A stretch of DNA of 64,000 nucleotides from Candidatus Saccharimonadia bacterium (GTDB lineage: Bacteria > Patescibacteriota > Saccharimonadia > UBA4664), in contig JBGTMQ010000020.1 in assembly GCA_041743505.1 (NCBI GenBank), positions 81,099 through 145,098 on the forward strand, written 5' to 3'. Below the pieces are notes generated by a model. That model worked only from the letters and a program-made list of their open reading frames with translations. It had not been told where the DNA came from and made no database searches. This document shows positions 37,303 to 47,059 of the stretch, piece after piece (positions within the stretch are counted from its first letter, which is position 1; the number at the start of each line of letters is the position of its first letter). A program made the translations under genes and the position numbers.

Positions 37303-38754
37303 ATGGCTAAGTTTTACGTAACCACCTCAATCGCATACACCAACGGAGCACCCCACATCGGTTACGCTATGGAATTAATTCAGGCAGACGTTTTAGCCCG
37401 CTATCACCGGCAAAAAGGCGATGAGGTCTGGTTCTTAACCGGAACCGACGAACATGGTGCCAAGATCCATCGCGCTGCTGAGGCGGCCGGCCAAACTCCT
37501 CAAGCCTACGTCGACAAAGTTAGCCAGGGCTTCCGTGATCTCATGGGCCAATTAGAGGTCTCCAACGACCAGTTTATCCGCACTACCGATCCCGCACACA
37601 AAAAAGCCGCCCAAGCCTTATGGAAGGCCTGCGTCAAAGACATTTATAAAAAACCGTATGAAGGCTGGTACTGCGAAGGTTGCGAAACGTTCTATACCGA
37701 AATCGACGCCCCCGATAAAATCTGTCCCAATCACAAGGTGCCTCTTAAGCACACCAAGGCCGAGAATTACTTTTTTCGCCTCAGTGACTACACCGACCGG
37801 GTCCGCGAGCTCATTACTTCCGGGCAACTGCTAATCCTGCCAGAATCACGCCGCAATGAACTAATAGCACTGCTGGACCGTGGTCTTGAAGACGTTAGTG
37901 TTTCGCGTGAGAAATCACAACTCGAATGGGGGGTCGAAGTCCCGGGTGATTCTAATCACGTTATGTACGTCTGGTTTGACGCGCTGACTAACTACATTAG
38001 TGCCGCAGGCTATCCGAATGGCGCGGATTTCAAGACCCGCTGGCCCGCCGACGTGCAAATCATTGGCAAAGATATTCTTCGTCATCACGGTGCTCTCTGG
38101 CCCGCCATGCTCATGAGCGCCGGCCTGCTGGTTCAAAAGGCCCTCTACGTCCATGGTTTCATCTCCAGCGAAGGCCACAAAATGAGCAAGTCCCTTGGCA
38201 ATGTTGTTGGGCCACAAGACGTTATCGACAAGTACAGCGTCGACGCGCTCCGCTACTATTTGCTCCGCGAAATTCCATCTGATGGCGACGGCGATTTTTC
38301 ATGGGCCCGCATGGACATTGTCTATAATACTGATCTTGCTAATGACCTTGGCAACCTGGTCCAGCGCGTGGCTGTGATGGTCACCAAATACTTCAATGGC
38401 CAGCTCGGTGAATTGCCCCAGCATTCGCACGACACCCGCCCATATCAGGACGCCATGGAAGACCTGCGCTTTGACCGGGCGCTGTCCGAGGTGTGGCTGC
38501 TGGTCCGGGGTCTCAACCAGTACCTCGAAGAAGAAAAGCCCTGGGCGCTGGCTAAAACCGACGTCAACCAACTTGGCGAGGTTTTACATCACGCCGTCGC
38601 CGACCTCATCCAAATCGCCATGCTGCTGATGCCATTTATGCCGGTAACCGCCCAAAAAATTGCCGCCACCTTCGCCGATGGGCAGGTACATCCAGAGATT
38701 GGCGTACTGTTTCCCAAGGAAGCCGCTATCGAAAAGACCACCTTCGACGTCTAA
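37303..38754 (+). CDS. metG: Methionine--tRNA ligase (short form)
   Basis: YTNGAPHIG, TGTDEHG, YVWFDAL, IGKDI and KMSKS motifs. Confidence 0.97.
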   Translation: MAKFYVTTSIAYTNGAPHIGYAMELIQADVLARYHRQKGDEVWFLTGTDEHGAKIHRAAEAAGQTPQAYVDKVSQGFRDLMGQLEVSNDQFIRTTDPAHKKAAQALWKACVKDIYKKPYEGWYCEGCETFYTEIDAPDKICPNHKVPLKHTKAENYFFRLSDYTDRVRELITSGQLLILPESRRNELIALLDRGLEDVSVSREKSQLEWGVEVPGDSNHVMYVWFDALTNYISAAGYPNGADFKTRWPADVQIIGKDILRHHGALWPAMLMSAGLLVQKALYVHGFISSEGHKMSKSLGNVVGPQDVIDKYSVDALRYYLLREIPSDGDGDFSWARMDIVYNTDLANDLGNLVQRVAVMVTKYFNGQLGELPQHSHDTRPYQDAMEDLRFDRALSEVWLLVRGLNQYLEEEKPWALAKTDVNQLGEVLHHAVADLIQIAMLLMPFMPVTAQKIAATFADGQVHPEIGVLFPKEAAIEKTTFDV

Positions 38755-38770
38755 CGCATATTCCAATCAT

Positions 38771-39526
38771 ATGCTTATCGATACCCACGCACATATACAC
38801 TTCGACGAGTACCGCGAAGAAATCGACGCGGTACTGGAACGCGCCCACGCGGCCGGCGTCGAAAAAATCATCACCGTTGGCGTCGACGAACTTGATTCAG
38901 CCCAGGCCATAGCGGTAGCGCGCGCCTACAATAACGTTTGGGCCACCGCCGGCCTACACCCCCACGACGCCGACCGCGGCTACGAAGCCCTCGAAGAGGT
39001 TGCCCGCCTGTCCGGGTTCGAGCAAGTCGTGGCCATCGGCGAATGCGGCCTGGACTATTTCCGCAGCGAGACCAGTCCCGAGGATCAGGAGCGTGCCCTC
39101 AGATTCCAGATCGAACTGGCACTCGGGCGAAACCTGCCCCTGATCTTCCATGTCCGCGATGCCTTTGACGATTTTTTCCGTATTACAGACGAATACGATG
39201 GCGTGACCGGCCTGGTTCACTGCTTTACTGCTGGTGTCAAAGAGATGAACGGCGCCGTCGACCGCGGACTCTTTGTGGCGCTCAATGGTATCATGACCTT
39301 TACCAAAAACGAGCAGCAACTCGAGGCCGCCCGTCAATTGCCCCTGGACCGCCTCGTCCTCGAAACCGATTGCCCGTTCCTCGCACCTGTGCCGCGCCGC
39401 GGTAAGCGCAACGAGCCGGCCAATCTCGCGCTCACCGCCGAGTTCCTGGCCAAGTTGCGCGGCGAGCCACTCGAGGACCTATCGTCAGCCACCACCCACA
39501 ACGCCGGGCGGCTGTTTCGGGTATAA
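38771..39526 (+). CDS. tatD: TatD family nuclease
   Basis: DTHAH, GLHPH, IGECGLD, HCF and ETDCP motifs. Confidence 0.95.
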   Translation: MLIDTHAHIHFDEYREEIDAVLERAHAAGVEKIITVGVDELDSAQAIAVARAYNNVWATAGLHPHDADRGYEALEEVARLSGFEQVVAIGECGLDYFRSETSPEDQERALRFQIELALGRNLPLIFHVRDAFDDFFRITDEYDGVTGLVHCFTAGVKEMNGAVDRGLFVALNGIMTFTKNEQQLEAARQLPLDRLVLETDCPFLAPVPRRGKRNEPANLALTAEFLAKLRGEPLEDLSSATTHNAGRLFRV

Positions 39527-39640
39527 AAGTGTTTTCAGCTTGCATGTTCGGTAAATGTTCGCTATAATCAAGACAATATCATTAATAATAGGTGCATGGT
39601 TATGGTTGAGACCATCTGGAACTTATCGTATCATCGGGTT

Positions 39641-39853
39641 ATGAGCCGGACTGCGACAACCAAAACAATGAATCGCCACTGGGCTTCTCTGGTCCAGTCT
39701 CTCGACGTGCGCACCCGGCCCGGGTCCGTTGCGCCTCCCCCCGGCCAATCCGTTGAAGAGGCTTGGACAACCACCGGCACCTATCTGCGACAGGCGTTAC
39801 ACAACTATGGCAGACAAGCATCCCGAAATCGTTCCGGCCGCCAGACCGGCTAG
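39641..39853 (+). CDS. Small protein overlapping the DUF2335 gene
   Basis: EEAW..TG.YL..A...Y helix; TATCAT -10 immediately upstream. Confidence 0.5.
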   Translation: MSRTATTKTMNRHWASLVQSLDVRTRPGSVAPPPGQSVEEAWTTTGTYLRQALHNYGRQASRNRSGRQTG

Positions 39854-40202
39854 TCCACAACCCGACTCCTCAGTCGACCTTGAGTTGCATCTGGGTCCGC
39901 TGCCGCACGCGAACGATTTCGCCGAGTACGACCGGATTCTACCCGGCGCCGCCCATCGCATTCTCAAAATGGCCGAGCGGGAGCAGGTTTCGCGCCTCCG
40001 GCTGCGCTGGGGTGATTGGCTGGCCAATCTTCTCGCCATGATCCTGGGCCGTCTGTTCCTCTATACGTTACTCGTAGCAGCCGTTTACCTGGCCATCAAT
40101 GACAAGCCATTAGAAGCACTCCTGGCCGGGCTTGCCCCCATCGTAGTAACGATTTATGCTAACACCCGCAAAAGCGATACCGAATCTGGAGACGAATCCT
40201 GA
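39807..40202 (+). CDS. DUF2335 family membrane protein
   Basis: GPLP....AEYDRILPGAAHRILKMAEREQ followed by two TM helices. Confidence 0.85.
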   Translation: MADKHPEIVPAARPASPQPDSSVDLELHLGPLPHANDFAEYDRILPGAAHRILKMAEREQVSRLRLRWGDWLANLLAMILGRLFLYTLLVAAVYLAINDKPLEALLAGLAPIVVTIYANTRKSDTESGDES

Positions 40203-41368
40203 AGCCAATTTATCTCGATCATGCCGCCACCACCCCGCTCGACCCGCGGGTGCTTGATGTCATGCGGCCATATTTGGAAGATGAGTTCGCCAATCCATCC
40301 AGCCTGTATACCGCCGCCCGCAGGACTAGACAGGCTGTCGAGCAGGCCCGCTACCAGATAGCAGGTATTCTCGGTGCCAAGCCAACCGAAATCATTTTTG
40401 TTAGCGGCGGCACCGAAAGCAACAATCTGGCGGTGCAGGGCGTATTGCGGGCGCAATCGGGTGCGCATTGGGTGGCCAGCGCCATTGAGCATGACGCGGT
40501 ACTGGGCCAAACCGCCCCAATGGCGTCGCAGGATCACAAAGCCACCGTCGTAGCCGTACAGCCAAACGGCATCGTCGACCCGGCGATGGTGGAAGCTGCC
40601 ATTACCGATGAAACGGTACTAGTGAGTTTAATGCTAGCCAATAACGAGATCGGCACCATTCAGCCAGTGGCCGCCACTGCCAAATTGATTCACGTCCTGC
40701 GCCAGGACCGGGCAGGCCGGGGCATCAAGCGGCCGCTTTACCTCCATACCGACGCCACCCAGGCAGCCAACTACTTAGATTTACACGTCACGCGGCACGG
40801 CGTGGATTTGCTGTCGCTCAGTGGATCCAAAATCTACGGGCCCAAGGGCACCGGCATTCTGTACGTGCGCCAAGGTACGCAGCTCGAGCCATTGATGTAT
40901 GGTGGCGGCCAAGAGCGCGGCCGCCGCAGCGGCACCGAGAATGTGGCCGGCGCAGTCGGGTTAGCCGCCGCACTCGAAAACGCCCAAGCCGGCCGTGAGT
41001 CCGAGGGACACCGCTTGGCCCAGCTGCGCGATGAGGTTATTCGCCGCCTGCTGAAAACCATCCCCGGCGCCAAACTCAATGGTGACCCCAAACGCCGTTT
41101 GCCCAATAACGTTAGTCTCACCATCCCCGGCGCCGAAGGCGAAGCCCTGGTGCTGTACCTGGAGCAGGCAGGAATCCTGGCCTCCACCGGTTCGGCTTGC
41201 TCCAGCAGCGATCTCGACCCGTCACATGTCCTTCTGGCCATCGGCCGCACAACGGAAGAGGCCGGCTCGTCACTCAGATTAACCCTGGGCCAAAGCACCG
41301 ACACGGCGGCCGTCCACCAAGTCATTGATAAACTGCCGTCAGTCGCGACCAGGGTACGCGAGCTTTAG
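40199..41368 (+). CDS. iscS: Cysteine desulfurase (IscS/NifS), apparent CTG start
   Basis: IYLDHAATTP begins at 40208, upstream of the ORF-track start; SGGTESNN, NNEIGT, SKIYGPKG, STGSACSS. Confidence 0.93.
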   Translation: MKPIYLDHAATTPLDPRVLDVMRPYLEDEFANPSSLYTAARRTRQAVEQARYQIAGILGAKPTEIIFVSGGTESNNLAVQGVLRAQSGAHWVASAIEHDAVLGQTAPMASQDHKATVVAVQPNGIVDPAMVEAAITDETVLVSLMLANNEIGTIQPVAATAKLIHVLRQDRAGRGIKRPLYLHTDATQAANYLDLHVTRHGVDLLSLSGSKIYGPKGTGILYVRQGTQLEPLMYGGGQERGRRSGTENVAGAVGLAAALENAQAGRESEGHRLAQLRDEVIRRLLKTIPGAKLNGDPKRRLPNNVSLTIPGAEGEALVLYLEQAGILASTGSACSSSDLDPSHVLLAIGRTTEEAGSSLRLTLGQSTDTAAVHQVIDKLPSVATRVREL

Positions 41369-41389
41369 CGCATTTGATACAATAAAAGT

Positions 41390-41983
41390 ATGATGAGGGT
41401 CCTCGCCGTTACAGGCATCTTGCTTGCGCTTTTAATGGCTGTTGTTATTGGTGGATTCTTTGGCCTCGGTCTTTATTTGTCGCCGCAAGACCCACTGGCC
41501 AAAGCCGATGCGATCGTGGCTATCTCCGGTGGGGAGACTGATGCCAGGACCGATGAAGCAGTGCGTCTGTATCGTGATGGTTGGGCTCGGCACATAATTT
41601 TCTCCGGTGCCGCCCTCGACCCCAACGGGCCGTCCAACGCCCGCGCCATGGCCAACCGCGCCGAGAGCCAGGGTATACCACCATCCGTCGTCTCGCTGGA
41701 TGAGATGTCCACGAATACGCGTGAAAATGCGGCTAATGTCACCAAAATCGTCAAGCACTTGGGCGATCACTCGATAATCCTCGTCACGTCCCCATATCAC
41801 CAGCGGCGCGCCGACATCGTATTCAAGCGCGCCCTTGGCCCAGGCTATTCCCTTATCAATCATTCTTCATACGATCAGAATTGGCGCCGGTCACATTGGT
41901 GGGCCACCACCTATAGCCGCGACCTGACTGTCTCGGAATCACAAAAGGTTGTATATGAACTCCTGAACGGACAGTCGCAATGA
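41390..41983 (+). CDS. YdcF/ElyC/SanA (DUF218) family protein
   Basis: DAIVAISGG, STNTRENA, LVTSPYHQRRA. Confidence 0.9.
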   Translation: MMRVLAVTGILLALLMAVVIGGFFGLGLYLSPQDPLAKADAIVAISGGETDARTDEAVRLYRDGWARHIIFSGAALDPNGPSNARAMANRAESQGIPPSVVSLDEMSTNTRENAANVTKIVKHLGDHSIILVTSPYHQRRADIVFKRALGPGYSLINHSSYDQNWRRSHWWATTYSRDLTVSESQKVVYELLNGQSQ

Positions 41984-42945
41984 TCCTCGTCGACATTGCC
42001 ATCTTGGCTGTTATCGCTATAGGAGGTTATAAAGGCATCCGGCGGGGAGTCATCCTGGTATCACTCGAATTCCTGAGCTTCGTGATCGCGACCGTCGTGG
42101 CCCTGGCTCTGTACCGTATGGCTGGACCCATAATAAAAGATTTTGCCGCCATTACATTACCATTAGCCAATCTCAGCGCCTTCCTCATCATCTGGACCGT
42201 TACCGAAGTACTTTGCGGCCTCATTATCCGTTACGGGCTTCTATCGCGCCTGCGAAACAAGCTGCAACCATCCTGGATAACCCGGACAGGCGGAGCCGTG
42301 TTAAATGGCCTAAAAATAACCACGCTAGTAGCCGTCGGGTTAATTTTGTTTGCCGGGCTGCCACTATCGGCCGAAATCAAACAGCCCGTCACCGACTCGT
42401 ATATCGGCCGGGCGTTTCTCGGCCTGGGCGGGCCGCTGCGACAATGGTTGGGCAATGGCTTGGGTGGTGACCTCGGTGAAGCCCTCAATGTCTTTACTGT
42501 TACCTCACCCCCCGACGGCGGCAAAAAAGTTGATCTTGGCTTTACCACAACCGAGGTCAAAGACAATCCCGCAGCGGAACAAACTATGCTGGAGCTGGCC
42601 AACCACGAGCGCAGCTCACGCGGCCTGCCGCCGTTAACCGTCAATGAGCCGGCCCGCCAAGCCGCCAGGGCCTACTCCACCCGCATGTTAGCCGAGGGCT
42701 ATTTTAGTCACAAAGATCCGGACGGCCATAGCCCGTTCGACCGGCTAAAAGCCGGCGGTGTTAAATTCCGCTCCGCCGGCGAAAATCTAGCTCTAGCGCC
42801 AACGGCCCAGTTGGCCCACCAGGGACTTATGAACTCACCGGGCCACCGGGCCAACATATTGTCAAAGAATTACCACAAGGTCGGCATCGGTGTCATCGAT
42901 GCGGGCCCGCACGGCCTGATGGTCACCCAAGAGTTTACGGACTAG
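41980..42945 (+). CDS. CvpA-like membrane domain fused to a CAP/SCP domain
   Basis: Four TM helices, then N.ER..RGL, YFSH, GENLA, MNSPGHRANIL. Confidence 0.88.
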   Translation: MILVDIAILAVIAIGGYKGIRRGVILVSLEFLSFVIATVVALALYRMAGPIIKDFAAITLPLANLSAFLIIWTVTEVLCGLIIRYGLLSRLRNKLQPSWITRTGGAVLNGLKITTLVAVGLILFAGLPLSAEIKQPVTDSYIGRAFLGLGGPLRQWLGNGLGGDLGEALNVFTVTSPPDGGKKVDLGFTTTEVKDNPAAEQTMLELANHERSSRGLPPLTVNEPARQAARAYSTRMLAEGYFSHKDPDGHSPFDRLKAGGVKFRSAGENLALAPTAQLAHQGLMNSPGHRANILSKNYHKVGIGVIDAGPHGLMVTQEFTD

Positions 42946-42980
42946 ATTAGTTCGTTGTTCTTTAGTAGAATTGTCAAGTT

Positions 42981-44027
42981 ATGAAAACAGTTTATGTCGG
43001 CATGAGCGGGGGAGTTGATTCCTCGGTGACCGCAGCGCTCGTCAAGAGCCATGGTTACCGGGTAGTCGGTGTCTACATGAAAAACTGGACCCAGGACGTA
43101 GCCGGGGTGGCCTGCCCCTGGAAGCAAGACCTAGCCGACGCCCGGGCTGCCGCAGTCGTCATCGACATACCGTTCAAGGTGTTTGATTTCCAGGCCGAAT
43201 ACAGGCAAAACGTTGTCCAGACCATGGTGGCCGAATACGAAGCCGGCCGTACCCCCAACCCGGATATCATGTGCAACCAGGAGATCAAATTCAAACTATT
43301 CCTGGACGCGGCCACAGCCGACGGTGCCGACCTCATCGCCACCGGTCACTATGCACGCACCAATAACGGCCAGCTCCTCGCCGCCGCTGATACCAACAAA
43401 GACCAAACCTACTTCCTCTACCGCGTCGCCCCCGAAGCCCTAAAACGGACCCTGTTCCCGCTCGGTGAGGTAACCAAGCCCGAGGTCCGCCGGTTAGCCG
43501 CCGAACTTAATCTACCCACCGCCACCAAACCCGACTCACAAGGCATTTGCTTTGTTGGTGAAGTCGGTATCAAGGAGTTCTTGCGCCAATACGTTACGAC
43601 CTCGCCAGGACCGGTCCTGGAGCGCACTACGGGCCGTCAGCTGGGTCAGCATGATGGGGCTGTGTTCTATACCATTGGCCAGCGTCATGGCCTTGGTATC
43701 GGCGGCGGCACCCCACTCTATGTCACCGGCAAGGACATCGGGTCCAATACAGTCTACGTTACCGGCGATCCGTCCGACCTGGAGCTGGAAACCGATCAAT
43801 TTGCCATCGCCCAAACTCACTGGATCAGCGCCTCACCAGAGGCCGGCCGCATCTATCATGTCCGAGTCCGTCATCGCAGTGAACTCATCGAAGGACGCAT
43901 CACCCAAATCGCCGGTCGCTGGCAGGTCAAACTCGCCCGCCCCGAGCGCGCCATTTCCCCCGGCCAATCCGCCGTCATCTACGACGGCGCCGCGGTTTTA
44001 GGCGGCGGCATTATTAGCTCAAACTAA
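42981..44027 (+). CDS. mnmA: tRNA 2-thiouridylase
   Basis: SGGVDSS, TPNPD..CN..IKF, ATGHYAR, KDQTYFL, DSQGICF, PGQSAV.Y. Confidence 0.98.
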   Translation: MKTVYVGMSGGVDSSVTAALVKSHGYRVVGVYMKNWTQDVAGVACPWKQDLADARAAAVVIDIPFKVFDFQAEYRQNVVQTMVAEYEAGRTPNPDIMCNQEIKFKLFLDAATADGADLIATGHYARTNNGQLLAAADTNKDQTYFLYRVAPEALKRTLFPLGEVTKPEVRRLAAELNLPTATKPDSQGICFVGEVGIKEFLRQYVTTSPGPVLERTTGRQLGQHDGAVFYTIGQRHGLGIGGGTPLYVTGKDIGSNTVYVTGDPSDLELETDQFAIAQTHWISASPEAGRIYHVRVRHRSELIEGRITQIAGRWQVKLARPERAISPGQSAVIYDGAAVLGGGIISSN

Positions 44028-44031
44028 AAAG

Positions 44032-44061
44032 AGTCCGGCCTTAACAATCTAAGGCCGGACT
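44032..44061. terminator. Hairpin between convergent genes
   Basis: AGTCCGGCCTTA-ACAATC-TAAGGCCGGACT. Confidence 0.8.
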
Positions 44062-44088
44062 ATACAATACGTCCTAACAGGGCAGGGA

Positions 44089-44934
44089 CTACCGGACGGA
44101 CAAAGCCGGTGGGTTGTAGACAGTGCGCGTACGCTCGTCATGCATCAGGATGAACTGACCGGTAGGGAAGACACCTAGTGCCAAAATCGCTCTCACCGCC
44201 ACCTCCCAGACCCCGGTAACATCGCTAGGGTCGTGGTGAGTGGAAAAATGGATCCGAGCCGGACCCGGCAAGCCATCCCGGGGGATTTCGATATACGGCG
44301 CGGGCCTCTCAGCCACACCGGCCAACCCGATCAAGGCCGCAAGGCTAGATACGACACCACGAGGACAATCGAACATCAGCCGGATGACGCCAGGCTCCAC
44401 GGCGCCGAGGACTGGGTCTGCTATGAAATCGTACCGTGGCACGAGCAGGTCCATCAGCCGGCCGGTAAATGACGAGTCCCGGTAAACCCGGCCGCGCAGG
44501 GAAGCCATAAAGCCAAGGTATTCACCTTCCAGGCCAACCCAACTGCCAAACATCAACTCCTTGGACAAGCCTCGGGCTGTGGTCAGCAGGTTAGCAATGG
44601 GCAGGGTGTGCTCGGGATCGATCGCGGCCAATCCACCACTCACAAACAGTACCTCTGGCCGCTCCAGCGGATCGTACTCCCCAGGAGCCGCGATCCCCGG
44701 GAAGAGGCCTAACGTTTCCAGCCCACGGGCTGCAACGTCAGAGATGCGGTCATGCACCCGGATAACGAAATCGTCGCCCTCGCTCCCGGCGCTGACTTCG
44801 CGCGATAAGCGTATTCTGAGCTCTCGGACAATACTATTCAGTTCCGCGCCGCACAAAGCTACACGAGGATCGGGGACTATGTCGGTGCACGTCTCATGCC
44901 GGGTGACCCTGTAACTGTTGGTGGCCGTTGTCAT
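44089..44934 (-). CDS. Hypothetical protein
   Basis: AGGAGG SD and TTGACG promoter; 281 aa. Confidence 0.7.
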   Translation of the reverse strand: MTTATNSYRVTRHETCTDIVPDPRVALCGAELNSIVRELRIRLSREVSAGSEGDDFVIRVHDRISDVAARGLETLGLFPGIAAPGEYDPLERPEVLFVSGGLAAIDPEHTLPIANLLTTARGLSKELMFGSWVGLEGEYLGFMASLRGRVYRDSSFTGRLMDLLVPRYDFIADPVLGAVEPGVIRLMFDCPRGVVSSLAALIGLAGVAERPAPYIEIPRDGLPGPARIHFSTHHDPSDVTGVWEVAVRAILALGVFPTGQFILMHDERTRTVYNPPALSVR

Positions 44935-45010
44935 GGTACCTCCTACGACATCTGACTAAAATCAGATTTTGAAAGGGATGTATCTATATTACAATAAAAA
45001 CGTCAAAAAG

Positions 45011-45721
45011 TCAAAAAACAGCTTTCGAATACACCCGGCGACCTTCCACGAACACCGACTTGCCGTCCAAAATATCTAAACCAAGCTGAAAGTTACCAAA
45101 CGACTTAGCTTGCTTGGCCACCTCCTCCGTCGTCATCCACGCATTCCGCCCGCCTTCGAATCGCTCCTTTAACTCTCCACGCACATTCATACAATGCACG
45201 TAGAAGAAAATTTTGTCCTCAAGCAACTCCTGCGATTCTTGCTGAATCGCGTGCTCGTGATAAACCCCCAAAATCCTTAGGTCTGCCTCCAGACCAGTCT
45301 CCTCCTTTAGCTCCCGCGCGGCCCCCTCCGAAATCATTTCGCCCCACCGAAGCTTGCCCGACGGACGACCCCAAAACCCATAATAAGGATGCTTAAGCCG
45401 CTCCTGAAATAAAAACTCCCGCCGGCCATCCCGCTGCCGTTCAATCATCAACATCACCGCTACCTTTGGCTGCCGCTCCACTGTGTGGTTATCAGTATCG
45501 AGCCGGTTGGCATATTCTTTGCCGCGCGTCGTCAACTGATACCGGCCCTGCTCCGTCCGTCCCACCAGCCCCAGCTCTACCAGCCGCCCAATATGAAACG
45601 TAAAATGATCGCTCGAAAGTCCGGTCGGCTTCTGCAGCTCCGCAAACCCGGCCGCGGGTAAAAATAATAGCTCACGCAATATAGCCGTTTGAGCAACATG
45701 TATATTGACCTCTAAACTCAT
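45011..45721 (-). CDS. Winged-HTH + Nudix hydrolase fusion
   Basis: FAELQK..GLSSDHFTFHI..L..GLV....Y.LT.RG, then G.....GE....AARELKEETG. Confidence 0.88.
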   Translation of the reverse strand: MSLEVNIHVAQTAILRELLFLPAAGFAELQKPTGLSSDHFTFHIGRLVELGLVGRTEQGRYQLTTRGKEYANRLDTDNHTVERQPKVAVMLMIERQRDGRREFLFQERLKHPYYGFWGRPSGKLRWGEMISEGAARELKEETGLEADLRILGVYHEHAIQQESQELLEDKIFFYVHCMNVRGELKERFEGGRNAWMTTEEVAKQAKSFGNFQLGLDILDGKSVFVEGRRVYSKAVF

Positions 45722-45853
45722 TGTCCGGGCTCCGCTTAGCTTATGCGGTGAGTATAGAGATTGCCCACCTGGTAATCTAGTGAAGCCGGGTTTACCCGCC
45801 TGCACGATTCCAAAGGATAGAGCCCCGCGGGTTAAGCGGGGCTCAGGTGCGCT

Positions 45854-46717
45854 CTAGCTCAAATCAGCTAAAGCGCGGAAAGTTTGTTCATTTATCACGA
45901 TTACCGGCACGGTAGATCCGTGCACCGCAACACCAAAGGTAGGGATACGGCGCAGGTAATCCCGGTAAGATTGGCCGGAACGGGCCACATAGGCGGCGCG
46001 CCCAACCGAATTACAAAAGATCTCTTGTGCATCAATATCCAGCTTCTTCTGCACGGCTTCAGGCGTGGCCTGTGCCCCGGCCGCCGCGATCACTGCGCCG
46101 TACCGGCCGACGGAGGCAGGCGTGGCAGTCGACTTAACGATCAGTTGGCACATTTCGGTATCTGGGGCCGACGGAATGGGCGAAATCTCGCCGGCTACCG
46201 GAACCCGGATAAAAGCTACCGAAATCTCCGCATCAAAAACGGTAAATCCCCAGCCCGTGGCGCTGACTTGACCGGCCGTTGCGCGCGAAAGCTGGTCAAA
46301 CAGGGCTTTATTGCTCGAAAACACCACGTAGTGGCGTTTTTGCGGCCACAGGCTGGTCACCGCCTCTAGCGGGTTGCTTTTACCAAGTGCATCAACGTTT
46401 GAGCTGATCGCCCGGCCGGCTAGTCCGATGTTGACCGCAACTTGCTTAGCCAGGAGGGAAGCCGGAATATTAGGCGCGACACCGCTTTCCGACATAAAGA
46501 TCAGCTGATGATCCTGCACGGTAATCTGTTCCAGTGTCTGCAATTCGTTCGATCGCAAACTTGGCGGGCTAACCTGAACCAATTCGCTATTCCGGTTCAT
46601 AACGAGCGCCGATGCATCCGCAATACTACAAGCCGGGGTCAAAATGATCATGATCGCCAACAGAAACAGCCCGATCGGGCCGCCCAGCCGGCGAACTCTT
46701 TGGGGTACGATGTGCAT
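45854..46717 (-). CDS. Secreted/lipoprotein-like hypothetical protein
   Basis: N-terminal signal with TPAC; AAGG SD. Confidence 0.7.
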   Translation of the reverse strand: MHIVPQRVRRLGGPIGLFLLAIMIILTPACSIADASALVMNRNSELVQVSPPSLRSNELQTLEQITVQDHQLIFMSESGVAPNIPASLLAKQVAVNIGLAGRAISSNVDALGKSNPLEAVTSLWPQKRHYVVFSSNKALFDQLSRATAGQVSATGWGFTVFDAEISVAFIRVPVAGEISPIPSAPDTEMCQLIVKSTATPASVGRYGAVIAAAGAQATPEAVQKKLDIDAQEIFCNSVGRAAYVARSGQSYRDYLRRIPTFGVAVHGSTVPVIVINEQTFRALADLS

Positions 46718-46852
46718 CAGGATACCTTCCTTGAGGGGGCCGGCACATAACGTCGGCTATTGTATCATACTTTTTGACAAAATTGACAAAAGCTGTTCCC
46801 TTAACCCTCCTGCACAAACACTGAGAGCTATGGCTAGTTCATACTCAGTGGG

Positions 46853-46972
46853 TACTAGAAAAAGTCTAATCATTGAATTATCATCAAAAATAACTTATAG
46901 TTTTATCCTACACTAAGCCAAAAAAGCTACCATTTTATCACTCGCTCGTAGCTTACTAGAAAAATTCTAGTG
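46853..46972 (+). repeat. Bipartite palindromic element E5 (variant arms)
   Basis: TACTAGAAAAAGTCTAATC (46853-46871), exact CTACACTAAGCC (46908), TACTAGAAAAATTCTAGTG (46954-46972). Confidence 0.7.
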
Positions 46973-47059
46973 CTCTGTCCTCAGGCATAGCCGTCCGTGC
47001 GTCTTCATCTTCTACTCAAAACCATCGAGAATCTCGCTTAATTTGATACAATACACCCC

